A stretch of DNA of 64,000 bases from an uncultured Dehalococcoidales bacterium (GTDB lineage Bacteria > Chloroflexota > Dehalococcoidia > Lucifugimonadales > Lucifugimonadaceae), in assembly GCA_964474025.1 (NCBI GenBank), contig CAYYRD010000008.1, positions 53,593-117,592 of the forward strand, read 5' to 3'. The notes under the pieces were generated by a model, which was not told the origin of the DNA, ran no database searches, and worked only from the letters and a program-made list of their open reading frames with translations. Shown in pieces: positions 28,677 to 36,682 of this stretch (position 1 is its first letter; each line of letters opens with the position of its first letter). The position numbers and the translations under genes are program-made.

Positions 28677-28744
28677 CGTGGCACTTAGACTGCGTGGGCC
28701 GATGAACGTCGTCGACCTACCGACACAGACGGAGAGTTAGACCC

Positions 28745-29800
28745 CTGGCGATCCCCCGAACGCTGGACGAAATCACGCCCGAATGGCTGTCATCGGTGCT
28801 GCGCGTGAGCGTGGATTCGCTGATAGTCGAACCCACAGGAAACGGGTATACCGGTTCCCTTGGACGCCTGACAGTTAGTTATCCGCGCGACTCCGCCACA
28901 CCCGCCACACTCATCGCCAAACTACCGTCCACAGATTCCCAGATCCGCCGCTACGCCATCGATGATGGCATGTATCGCCGGGAAACCCGTTTCTATCAGG
29001 AGCTGGCGGCAGACTCCAGCATCTCTGTCCCGGACTGCTACCACGCGGAATTCGATAATGACTCCGGCGAATTCGTTCTCCTGCTCGAAGATCTGGTCGG
29101 ACTGGAAGAAGGCGATGAGCTCGCCGGATGCTCATTGGAGCAAGCGGCAAACGTCGTCCAGAGCCTCGCCCGTTTACACGCGGCCCGGTGGAACGACCAC
29201 CGCGTCAGCACACTTCAATGGCTCGTCGGCCCTGACTCTCCGTCGTCGACCGCCACCGGGCTTCAAAACATCTACGTGGATGCCTGGCAAAAAACGTCGA
29301 ACACCCTGGCCGAAATTTACCCGGCAGAGACGTATAAAATCGCGGACCGTCTCGGACCCGGACTCGCTTCCGTCCTGCGGACGGCAGAAACAGGGAACCA
29401 GGCGCTCAATCACGGCGATGCCCATCTCGGAAACACCTTCTTCCGGGGAGACGAGGCCGTATTCGTGGACTGGCAAAACGTCATGGTAACCAGCCCCGCG
29501 CTCGACATCGCTTACTTCGTACAGGGCAGCCTTCCCGTGGAAACGAGGCGCGCTAACGAACGCGATCTGCTCGACATCTACATGGACACGCTTGCCGAAA
29601 ACGGCGTGACCGGATACAGACAAGACCAGCTGATTCAGGATTACAGGCGAGGCCTCCTGAGAACCCTGATCCCATCGGTGTTGTCGATGGCCAACCTGGA
29701 CATGACCGCGCCAGAATCCCGCGATCTCGTGGAGACAATCGGCGCGCGCATGATCGGGATTGCAGACTGGGACTGCGGAGCGCTAATCCCGGCCTCATAA
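28745..29800 (+). CDS. Phosphotransferase-family protein (APH / CHK / EcKL-like kinase), paralog 2. Probable CTG start.
   Basis: LAIPRTLDEITPEWLSSVL aligns residue for residue with the paralog 1 N-terminus. LNHGDAHLGNTFF and VDWQNVMVTSPALDIAYF. The first canonical start (GTG 28796) would remove the conserved N-terminus. GGAGAG lies 8 nt before CTG 28745. Confidence 0.75.
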   Translation: MAIPRTLDEITPEWLSSVLRVSVDSLIVEPTGNGYTGSLGRLTVSYPRDSATPATLIAKLPSTDSQIRRYAIDDGMYRRETRFYQELAADSSISVPDCYHAEFDNDSGEFVLLLEDLVGLEEGDELAGCSLEQAANVVQSLARLHAARWNDHRVSTLQWLVGPDSPSSTATGLQNIYVDAWQKTSNTLAEIYPAETYKIADRLGPGLASVLRTAETGNQALNHGDAHLGNTFFRGDEAVFVDWQNVMVTSPALDIAYFVQGSLPVETRRANERDLLDIYMDTLAENGVTGYRQDQLIQDYRRGLLRTLIPSVLSMANLDMTAPESRDLVETIGARMIGIADWDCGALIPAS

Positions 29801-29848
29801 AATTGAACCACACACAGACATGGCCTCACCGCCCTCGCGGGTCTATGA

Positions 29849-30817
29849 TTGCGGGCGCGGAATTTCGGCACACTTTTTTCGGTCAGGAGTCCCTTGGCAT
29901 CTTCGGAAGGTAATGCGACCCCCGGGCTGAGCCTCCTTGAAGCGGCCCGACGCTCCGGTCTCGACATCGCCGAGGCACACGAGCCCGCCGACAAGACCGT
30001 CGAGCTAAACGGCCTCAAGTTCCACTACCTTGACTGGGGCAATGACCACCTTCCAGACCTGCTCTTTTTGCACGGAACGGCGCAGCAGGGCCACTCCTGG
30101 GACTTCGCTTCGCTGGCGCTGCGGGATCGTTTCCACTGCATCGCCCTCGACCAGCGCGGCCACGGCGATTCCGAGTGGGATCCTGACGGCAACTACGGCG
30201 CGCCAACCTACGTTCCGGACGTAGCGGCCTTCGTTGACACGCTCGGTTTGCAGGACTTCGTTATGGTCGGCCACTCGATGGGTGGTCGTAACGCTTATAC
30301 CTACACATCCGCAAACCCGGACAAAGTCCGCGCCCTGATCGTCGTGGACGCCGGGCCCCGGATGGAAGAGCCGGGCGGCGCACGCGTCCGAAACTTCATG
30401 GCCGGACAGAGCCAGTTCGACACGTACGATGATCTCGTCGAGCGCGTCCACTCTTACCTTCCGTCCCGGCCCATCGAACAGTTGCGCGGGAGCCTGGTGC
30501 ACACGACCCGGCAGTTCCCGAACGGAAAATGGGCCTGGAAGTACGACCCCAACATCCGGCGACCGGTCAACGGCCCGGACGATTCCGAGGAAGCCCGCTG
30601 GGAGACGCTCTCAAAAATCACCTGCCCGACCCTCTACGTAATCGGCGGGGACAGTGAGATGCTCACCCCGCCGAGTATCGAGCGCATGCTGGCGGTCATC
30701 CCCGGCAGCAAGGCCGAAACGGTGGAGCGGGCGGGTCACCTGGTGGCGGGCGACAACCCGGCCGGATTCCATGCGGCCGTATCGCCCTTCCTGGATTCTT
30801 TGACGACATCGGCGTAG
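29849..30817 (+). CDS. Alpha/beta-fold hydrolase
   Basis: LLFLHGTAQQGHSWD...LDQRGHGDSEW...MVGHSMGG nucleophile elbow. TTG start is uncertain. Confidence 0.85.
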   Translation: MRARNFGTLFSVRSPLASSEGNATPGLSLLEAARRSGLDIAEAHEPADKTVELNGLKFHYLDWGNDHLPDLLFLHGTAQQGHSWDFASLALRDRFHCIALDQRGHGDSEWDPDGNYGAPTYVPDVAAFVDTLGLQDFVMVGHSMGGRNAYTYTSANPDKVRALIVVDAGPRMEEPGGARVRNFMAGQSQFDTYDDLVERVHSYLPSRPIEQLRGSLVHTTRQFPNGKWAWKYDPNIRRPVNGPDDSEEARWETLSKITCPTLYVIGGDSEMLTPPSIERMLAVIPGSKAETVERAGHLVAGDNPAGFHAAVSPFLDSLTTSA

Positions 30818-30976
30818 TTTCGGGAGCCGTTAACCACGTCGATCTTCGGTAAATCGAGCCCGGCGCATGAGACCGCGGAAGAAGATTCTGCGGAAGGCGC
30901 TGAACGCAAACCCAGGCTCTTTCACGGCTGGTGGATCGTCGGCGCCGGCGGCCTCGTCCAGGGTTACGCATCTGGC

Positions 30977-32236
30977 GTGTTCTGGCAGGGTTTCGGCGCG
31001 TTCTTCACGCCTATAGTCGACTCCTTCGGTTGGAGCCGTGGCGCCACAGCCCTGGCGTTATCGTTCAACCGCATCGAGTCTGGCGGGATGTCGATCGCTG
31101 TCGGTTATCTGCTCGACAAGTACGGCCCGCGCAAGTTGATGACATTCGGGCTGTTCGTCACCGGGCTCGGCTTCATCGGCATGAGCCAGATGCAGACCCT
31201 CTGGCACTTTTATGTCGTCATGGCCGTGCTCACTTTCGGCATGTCGTTCGGGACATTTATCCCCATCGTTGCGACGGTCGGAAACTGGTTCGTTCGAAAG
31301 CGAAGCCGGGCGATCGGATTCCTGATGTCGGCCTCCGCGGTCGGCGGTATGACCGCCCCACTCCTCGTGTGGTTCGTCGATACGCTCGGCTGGCGCGACG
31401 CGTTGTTATCGGTCGGGATCGGTTTCTGGGTGATCGGGATCCCCGCGATACTCGTGATGGTCCGGCAGCCGGAAGATGTCGGGTTGCGGCCCGACGGCGA
31501 TCCGGCGCCGCAACGGACGGCCAGCGGGCTTGAGCGACCCGTCATTCCAGAGCGTCGGATTCCAATCTTCACCGCTCTTAAAACGCGGTTCTTCTGGCAA
31601 CTCGCTGTCGGTACCAGCCTCGGCCACCTGGTCAGTTCTACGACCCTGCTGCACATCGACGCGATGCAGTCGTTCGATATCAGCCGGACCACCGCCGGCA
31701 TCGCCGTCTTTGGTTTTGGCCTGGGCAGTTTTATCGGCAGGCTGGGATCGGGAATCGTCGGAGATTACTGGGACAAGCGCTACATCATGGCCGCTGCGTT
31801 TTACATGCAGATCATCGGGGTACTGGGGCTCGTCTCATTGAACGCCACGATAGGCGGTGTCTTCCTGGGACAGTGGGGCCTCGTGTTCTACGCCGCCTTC
31901 TTCGGAGCGGGATTCGGATCAAGTATTCCGGTCAGGATGGCCATGATCGGCGATTACTTCGGCCGGCAAACCTACGGATCAATGCTAGGAATCATGAGCA
32001 CCGTGAACGCTGTGTTGGGCGCGCTTGGTCCCGTGTTCGTCGGCGTGATGTTTGACGTGACGGACACCTACCGCACGCCGTTCTTGCTACTGCTCGTGGT
32101 ACTGCTCGCGAGCGGCCCGATGATGCTGACGCTGGAGAAGCCGGCGAGGGTAAAGGCCCGATTCCGCATCGCAGCGCACAAGGCAGATCTCGCCGCCGCC
32201 GTCGAGGCCGAGGAAGCCGAAAAGTTTCAGAACTAA
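30977..32236 (+). CDS. MFS transporter. The N-terminus (TM1) lies upstream of the first canonical start.
   Basis: Hydrophobic 12-TM pattern. The same frame stays open upstream and reads RKPRLFHGWWIVGAGGLVQGYASG (TM1). ATG 30867 is in a different frame (see finding). Confidence 0.8.
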   Translation: MFWQGFGAFFTPIVDSFGWSRGATALALSFNRIESGGMSIAVGYLLDKYGPRKLMTFGLFVTGLGFIGMSQMQTLWHFYVVMAVLTFGMSFGTFIPIVATVGNWFVRKRSRAIGFLMSASAVGGMTAPLLVWFVDTLGWRDALLSVGIGFWVIGIPAILVMVRQPEDVGLRPDGDPAPQRTASGLERPVIPERRIPIFTALKTRFFWQLAVGTSLGHLVSSTTLLHIDAMQSFDISRTTAGIAVFGFGLGSFIGRLGSGIVGDYWDKRYIMAAAFYMQIIGVLGLVSLNATIGGVFLGQWGLVFYAAFFGAGFGSSIPVRMAMIGDYFGRQTYGSMLGIMSTVNAVLGALGPVFVGVMFDVTDTYRTPFLLLLVVLLASGPMMLTLEKPARVKARFRIAAHKADLAAAVEAEEAEKFQN

Positions 32237-32403
32237 CGCAGGCCTGTGCTGATCACGTGAATGCTCAGACCGGCCGCAGCCAACCAAGTCCGGACCAAGT
32301 CTGGCGCAACCGATAAAGTCCAAACTACGTCTGGTCCCAACGGCAAACCTTCGTCCAGCAAAACCCACCCCACCGCAGCGGATAAGGTCCAGGCCCCGCC
32401 TGG

Positions 32404-33549
32404 CTAAGTCTGGTAGCGGGGGACTTCCGGCACGGCAGCGCCCTTGCAGAAGAACATCTGCGGATGGTCGCGTCTCAGGTTGACGAGCACTCGTTGACCA
32501 ACCTCGATAGTGAGTAGGTGCGGCATCTGGCAGTGGATGTGAAGACCTGAGTCGAGCCTGACATCGTAGGTGTAGGCCCAGCCCTGGAAGACGCGATCGA
32601 TCACGACACCCTGGCCTTCTTCCGATGGCGCCAGCACGAAATCATCGGGGCGCGCCATCACCTCGAGCGATGCGTCCTCGGGCGGCTCGAACCCCGGGAC
32701 GGCGCGGGCCGGACCGGCCTCGGTGACGAGACGGGTTCCGAGCGCTTCGACCGGCAAGAAGTCCGCCATGCCCATAAACCGGGCGACCACGGTCGTGGCG
32801 GGCCTGTGAAATACCCGTTCTGGAACGTCCACCTGCTCGATACGGCCGCCGACCTGCACGCCCACGAGATCGCCCATGAAGAGCGCTTCCTGCTGGTCAT
32901 GCGTCACGAACAAGGTAGTAGTCCCGGCTGCCTTCAGGATCTCCCGGATTTCGGCCCGGACGCGTTCCCGCAGACCGGCATCCAGGTTGGAAAACGGCTC
33001 GTCCAGGAGCAGTACGTCTGGACTCGATGCCAGCGTGCGTGCCAGGGCGACCCGCTGTTGCTGTCCACCCGATAGCTCGCTCGGCAGCCGTTTGCCAAGC
33101 CCCTCCAATCCCACAAGTTCCAGTACTTCCTCGACGCGCTCGGTCCGGCCCTTTCGTTCGAGGCCGTACCCGACATTCGCCTCGACCGTCATGTGCGGAA
33201 ACAATGCGTAATCCTGGAACACGATGCCGACGCTGCGCTTGTCCGGTCCCGTGTGCAGCCAGCTGGACGCCACCAGTTCTCCGCCGATCTCGATACGGCC
33301 GGTATCGAGCGCTTCCAGTCCGGCGACCATCCGCAACACGGTGGTCTTGCCACATCCACTCGGCCCGACGAGCGCGAGTATCTGCCCGCGTTTAACCTCG
33401 ATATCAAACTCTTCGACCGCGACGACATCGCCGAACGTCTTACTGACGCCCGCACAGCGAAGAGCGACGTCGGTAACGGCGCTGTCGCGCCGCTTTCTCC
33501 TGATGCCGGTTATTCCAGTTAATCCAGTTATTCCGGGCAGCCCGATCAA
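32404..33549 (-). CDS. ABC transporter ATP-binding protein (Fe3+/polyamine importer type)
   Basis: GPSGCGKTT Walker A, LSGGQQQRVALAR signature, LLLDEPFSNLD Walker B, C-terminal TOBE-like region. TTG start overlaps the permease stop (TTGA). Confidence 0.9.
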   Translation of the reverse strand: MIGLPGITGLTGITGIRRKRRDSAVTDVALRCAGVSKTFGDVVAVEEFDIEVKRGQILALVGPSGCGKTTVLRMVAGLEALDTGRIEIGGELVASSWLHTGPDKRSVGIVFQDYALFPHMTVEANVGYGLERKGRTERVEEVLELVGLEGLGKRLPSELSGGQQQRVALARTLASSPDVLLLDEPFSNLDAGLRERVRAEIREILKAAGTTTLFVTHDQQEALFMGDLVGVQVGGRIEQVDVPERVFHRPATTVVARFMGMADFLPVEALGTRLVTEAGPARAVPGFEPPEDASLEVMARPDDFVLAPSEEGQGVVIDRVFQGWAYTYDVRLDSGLHIHCQMPHLLTIEVGQRVLVNLRRDHPQMFFCKGAAVPEVPRYQT

Positions 33550-35198
33550 TTGCTTGACCTTTCACGTAAAACCAGGAACGCCATCGGGGCGGCTGACGCC
33601 AGAATCAACAGCAGCGACGGAGCGGCAGCGCGGGCGAAGAAAGCCTCTTCCGCGGCGGTCCAGATCGAAGTCGCAAGGGTCCGAGATTCTATCGGCCCGA
33701 GGATCAAGGTAGCAGGAAGTTCCTTCATCGTGAGCAGGAACACCATGATCGCGGCCGCCGCCAGCCCGGGCCGTATTACTGGCACCGTCACGGTCAGGAA
33801 CGCGTTGATTCGGGAACGGCCGAGGCTCATCGCGGCCTCTTCCATTCTCGGGTTGACCTGGAGCAGCGAGGATCGGATTGACCCGACCGCCACCGGCAGG
33901 AAAAGCACGACGTAGGCGAACACCAGCAGGTAAACGGTCTGGTAGATGTCCGTGGCGTACCTGATCCCGAAGAATACGAGGCCGAGACCGACGGCGATCC
34001 CGGGCATCGCAAAACCGACGTAAGAGAACCGCTCCAAACCCGCCGAGAGCAAGCCCGGACGCCGGACCGAAAGTACGGATATGGGCACGGCGGCGATAAC
34101 GGTGGCGATGGCGGCGGCCATCGAATACTGGACGGAGTTGTACGCCGCTCCCCAGTCGAACAGTGCGGACTCGCCGGCGTTTATTCCTCTCCCGAGCCAG
34201 AAGACGAGCACGAAGACCGGTACCCCGAGCGCCAGCAGCGTGACGAGACTCGAAAAGACGAACGCGGGGGTTCGCCAGCGACCAAGCCGGACAACCCGGC
34301 GCTCCCGCCGGGCGGCGTTTGCCCCGGCGTAGTAACGGGCACGACGGCGAGCGGAAGCCTCGATCAGGATCAAACCCACCGCGACGCCAAGCAGCACGAG
34401 CGATAGCGCGGCAGCGCTGGCCCGGTTGAACGCGCTGTTGTACTCGTTGAAAATCACCCGGGTGAAGGTGTCGTACTGGAGCAGGGCCACGGCGCCGAAG
34501 TCGCTCAGGGTGTAGAGCGCAACCAGCAGCGCGCCCGCGCCGATCGCCGGGTACAGCAGGGGCAGTGTCACCCGTCGGAAGGTCTGCCAGCGGGATCGGC
34601 CCAGCGACCACGACGCCTCTTCCATCTCTGGTTCGAGGCGCCACAGGGTCGCCCGGACGGTCAGGAACACGTATGGGTAGCTGAGCAAGATCAGGACCAC
34701 GGTCGCGCCCGTGAGACCGTACAAATCGGGGAGACGTTCGACGCCAAACGGACCTTCAAGCCAGCCCTGGAGCAGCCCTTTTGGCCCGAACGCCGATATA
34801 AAGGCCAGCGCGCCCACGTAGCTGGGTATGGCCAACGGCAGCACCGACGCAACGACCCACGCGCGTCGGAACGGCAGATCAGTGCGAACGGTAAGCCATG
34901 CCAGCGGTATGGCGATCAGCACCGATCCCAGGGTCACGAGGACGATCAACTGGATCGAGCGCCAGAGGATGGCCGCCGTATCGGCGTCGAATATCGATTC
35001 GACGGCCGCGTCGCCTGAGTCTGCGGCGCGAGCGGCCAGGTAAACGACGGGCAATGCCGCGGCGCCCGCCACCGCGATGGCGGCCAGCCATAACGACAGC
35101 GGTTCACGCCTCAGCCAGGGCGGCAGCAACCTGCGGGGCGTCCAGATGGCTCCGGACGGCAGGGGAAGCTGCTCACCGATTACCCGGGGACCGTTCAT
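33546..35198 (-). CDS. ABC transporter permease, duplicated (two-module) Fe(III)-type
   Basis: 550 aa, about 12 TM segments, two BPD_transp_1-like modules. Overlaps both neighbouring genes by 4 nt. Confidence 0.85.
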   Translation of the reverse strand: MNGPRVIGEQLPLPSGAIWTPRRLLPPWLRREPLSLWLAAIAVAGAAALPVVYLAARAADSGDAAVESIFDADTAAILWRSIQLIVLVTLGSVLIAIPLAWLTVRTDLPFRRAWVVASVLPLAIPSYVGALAFISAFGPKGLLQGWLEGPFGVERLPDLYGLTGATVVLILLSYPYVFLTVRATLWRLEPEMEEASWSLGRSRWQTFRRVTLPLLYPAIGAGALLVALYTLSDFGAVALLQYDTFTRVIFNEYNSAFNRASAAALSLVLLGVAVGLILIEASARRRARYYAGANAARRERRVVRLGRWRTPAFVFSSLVTLLALGVPVFVLVFWLGRGINAGESALFDWGAAYNSVQYSMAAAIATVIAAVPISVLSVRRPGLLSAGLERFSYVGFAMPGIAVGLGLVFFGIRYATDIYQTVYLLVFAYVVLFLPVAVGSIRSSLLQVNPRMEEAAMSLGRSRINAFLTVTVPVIRPGLAAAAIMVFLLTMKELPATLILGPIESRTLATSIWTAAEEAFFARAAAPSLLLILASAAPMAFLVLRERSSN

Positions 35199-36265
35199 GG
35201 CAAAGCGCCGACCTCGCGTAGAAGGTCTTGCGTCGCCGCCAGATCGCCCAGGTCAGACACGTCGATGTCCGGCGTATTCAGGTCGGATAGCTCGGGCAGC
35301 AACTCAGCGCGAGGCACGCCGTCGATCAACGGGTATTCGTAGGTCTCCTCGGCGAAGTAGTTCTGGGCATCTGCGCTCAGCAGGTAGTCCAGGAAACGCT
35401 CCGCTTCTGTGACGTTGTCCGCCGTTTTCAGGATCCCGACACCGGTGACCAGCACGGCCGAGCCGGGTCCACCTCCGGGGAGGAAGTAGTTACGGGCGGC
35501 AAAACCTTCTCCCTCTTCCGCCAGGAAGCGGTGGAGATAGTAATGGTTCACGAACCCGACCTCGATCTCGCCGGAACCGGCGGCGGCGACGGTCGGCGTG
35601 TTCTTGGCGTAGATGCGGGGTTCGTTTGCCACGATTCCTTCGAGCCAGGTCCGTGTCCGTTCCTCGCCCCAGATGAGGCGCATACCGGTGACCATCGCCT
35701 GGAATGATCCATTGGTCGGAGCCCAGCCGATTCGTCCTTTCCACGCAGGATCGGTAAATCCGTCGAGCGTCTCCGGCAACTCTTCCGGGGAGAGCCTGTC
35801 CGTGTTGTACACGACCGTGCGTGCACGACCCGATACGCCGACCCAGAGGTCGTCCGGCGAACGCGCCCAGTCAGGAACCCGGCCCGTAAGGTCACCTGAA
35901 AGGGGTTTGACCAGCTCAATGACCGAGCCAAGCCCACCCGGGTCCTGGGCGAAGAAGACATCGGCGGGCGAGCGATCCCCTTCTTCCAGGAGCGTTGCGG
36001 CCAGCGCACCGGTTCCGGCGTAGTTGACTTTCGCGTCGATCCCGGTCGCGTCCTCGAAGCGCTTGATCAGCGGGTCAACCAGTGACTCGCTCCGGCCGGA
36101 GTAGATAACAAGTTCGGAATTTCCTGATTCAGCTTCTGTTTCCGCAGAGGCGCTTTCACTTTCGTCTTCCGATGAACATGCGACCGCCAGGATCAGAATG
36201 GTTGCCAGGCCCAGCAGCAACAGAAACGGGCGCCGGGCCAGAGGATTCGAATTTTCGGTTGTCAT
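35195..36265 (-). CDS. ABC transporter substrate-binding lipoprotein (Fe(III)-binding, FbpA/AfuA-like)
   Basis: MTTENSNPLARRPFLLLLGLATILILAVACSS lipobox, then ELVIYSGRSESLVDPLIKRFEDATGIDAKVNY. The track ORF start at 36607 runs into the AT-rich intergenic region and is unlikely. Confidence 0.85.
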   Translation of the reverse strand: MTTENSNPLARRPFLLLLGLATILILAVACSSEDESESASAETEAESGNSELVIYSGRSESLVDPLIKRFEDATGIDAKVNYAGTGALAATLLEEGDRSPADVFFAQDPGGLGSVIELVKPLSGDLTGRVPDWARSPDDLWVGVSGRARTVVYNTDRLSPEELPETLDGFTDPAWKGRIGWAPTNGSFQAMVTGMRLIWGEERTRTWLEGIVANEPRIYAKNTPTVAAAGSGEIEVGFVNHYYLHRFLAEEGEGFAARNYFLPGGGPGSAVLVTGVGILKTADNVTEAERFLDYLLSADAQNYFAEETYEYPLIDGVPRAELLPELSDLNTPDIDVSDLGDLAATQDLLREVGALP

Positions 36266-36378
36266 TCCTCGCAGTGAAGCCTTTCGTAACGGGAGCCGAA
36301 AGCGCCTTTGCGATGATGCGGACGCAAGAGCGCTCGGTCCGGGTCGATCGAATTCAGCACGTCGTCTGAACCCTTCAT

Positions 36379-36567
36379 ATTTCGATAAATGCCTGGCATG
36401 TACGCACAATTTCGTGCTTGTGCATATACGATTTTGAAACTTCGTACGTGCGAAGTCAAATGAGGAGATCGTGAATATATTGATTCTCACACAGCTCTCA
36501 TATACACCATCAGGTAAAGCTAATCCAAGCGTAGTTCGTATACACGAATCAATTTGTTCGTCGATGC
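36379..36567 (-). promoter_or_regulatory. AT-rich control region upstream of the iron-type ABC operon, with reiterated TTCG-containing inverted repeats
   Basis: TTCGTACGTGCGAA (36441..36454) and TTCGTATACACGAA (36535..36548), plus further nTTCGn copies at about 36381, 36411 and 36556. Confidence 0.3.
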
Positions 36568-36682
36568 ATATCATGATCCCTCCATCATGGAGAATCGCGA
36601 CGCGCATCTTGCTTTAACGGCCAACGCGTTGAATAAGCGGCGCCAGCCGCTCCCGGGTTCAATGTGGATCCCGCCTGTGCCC

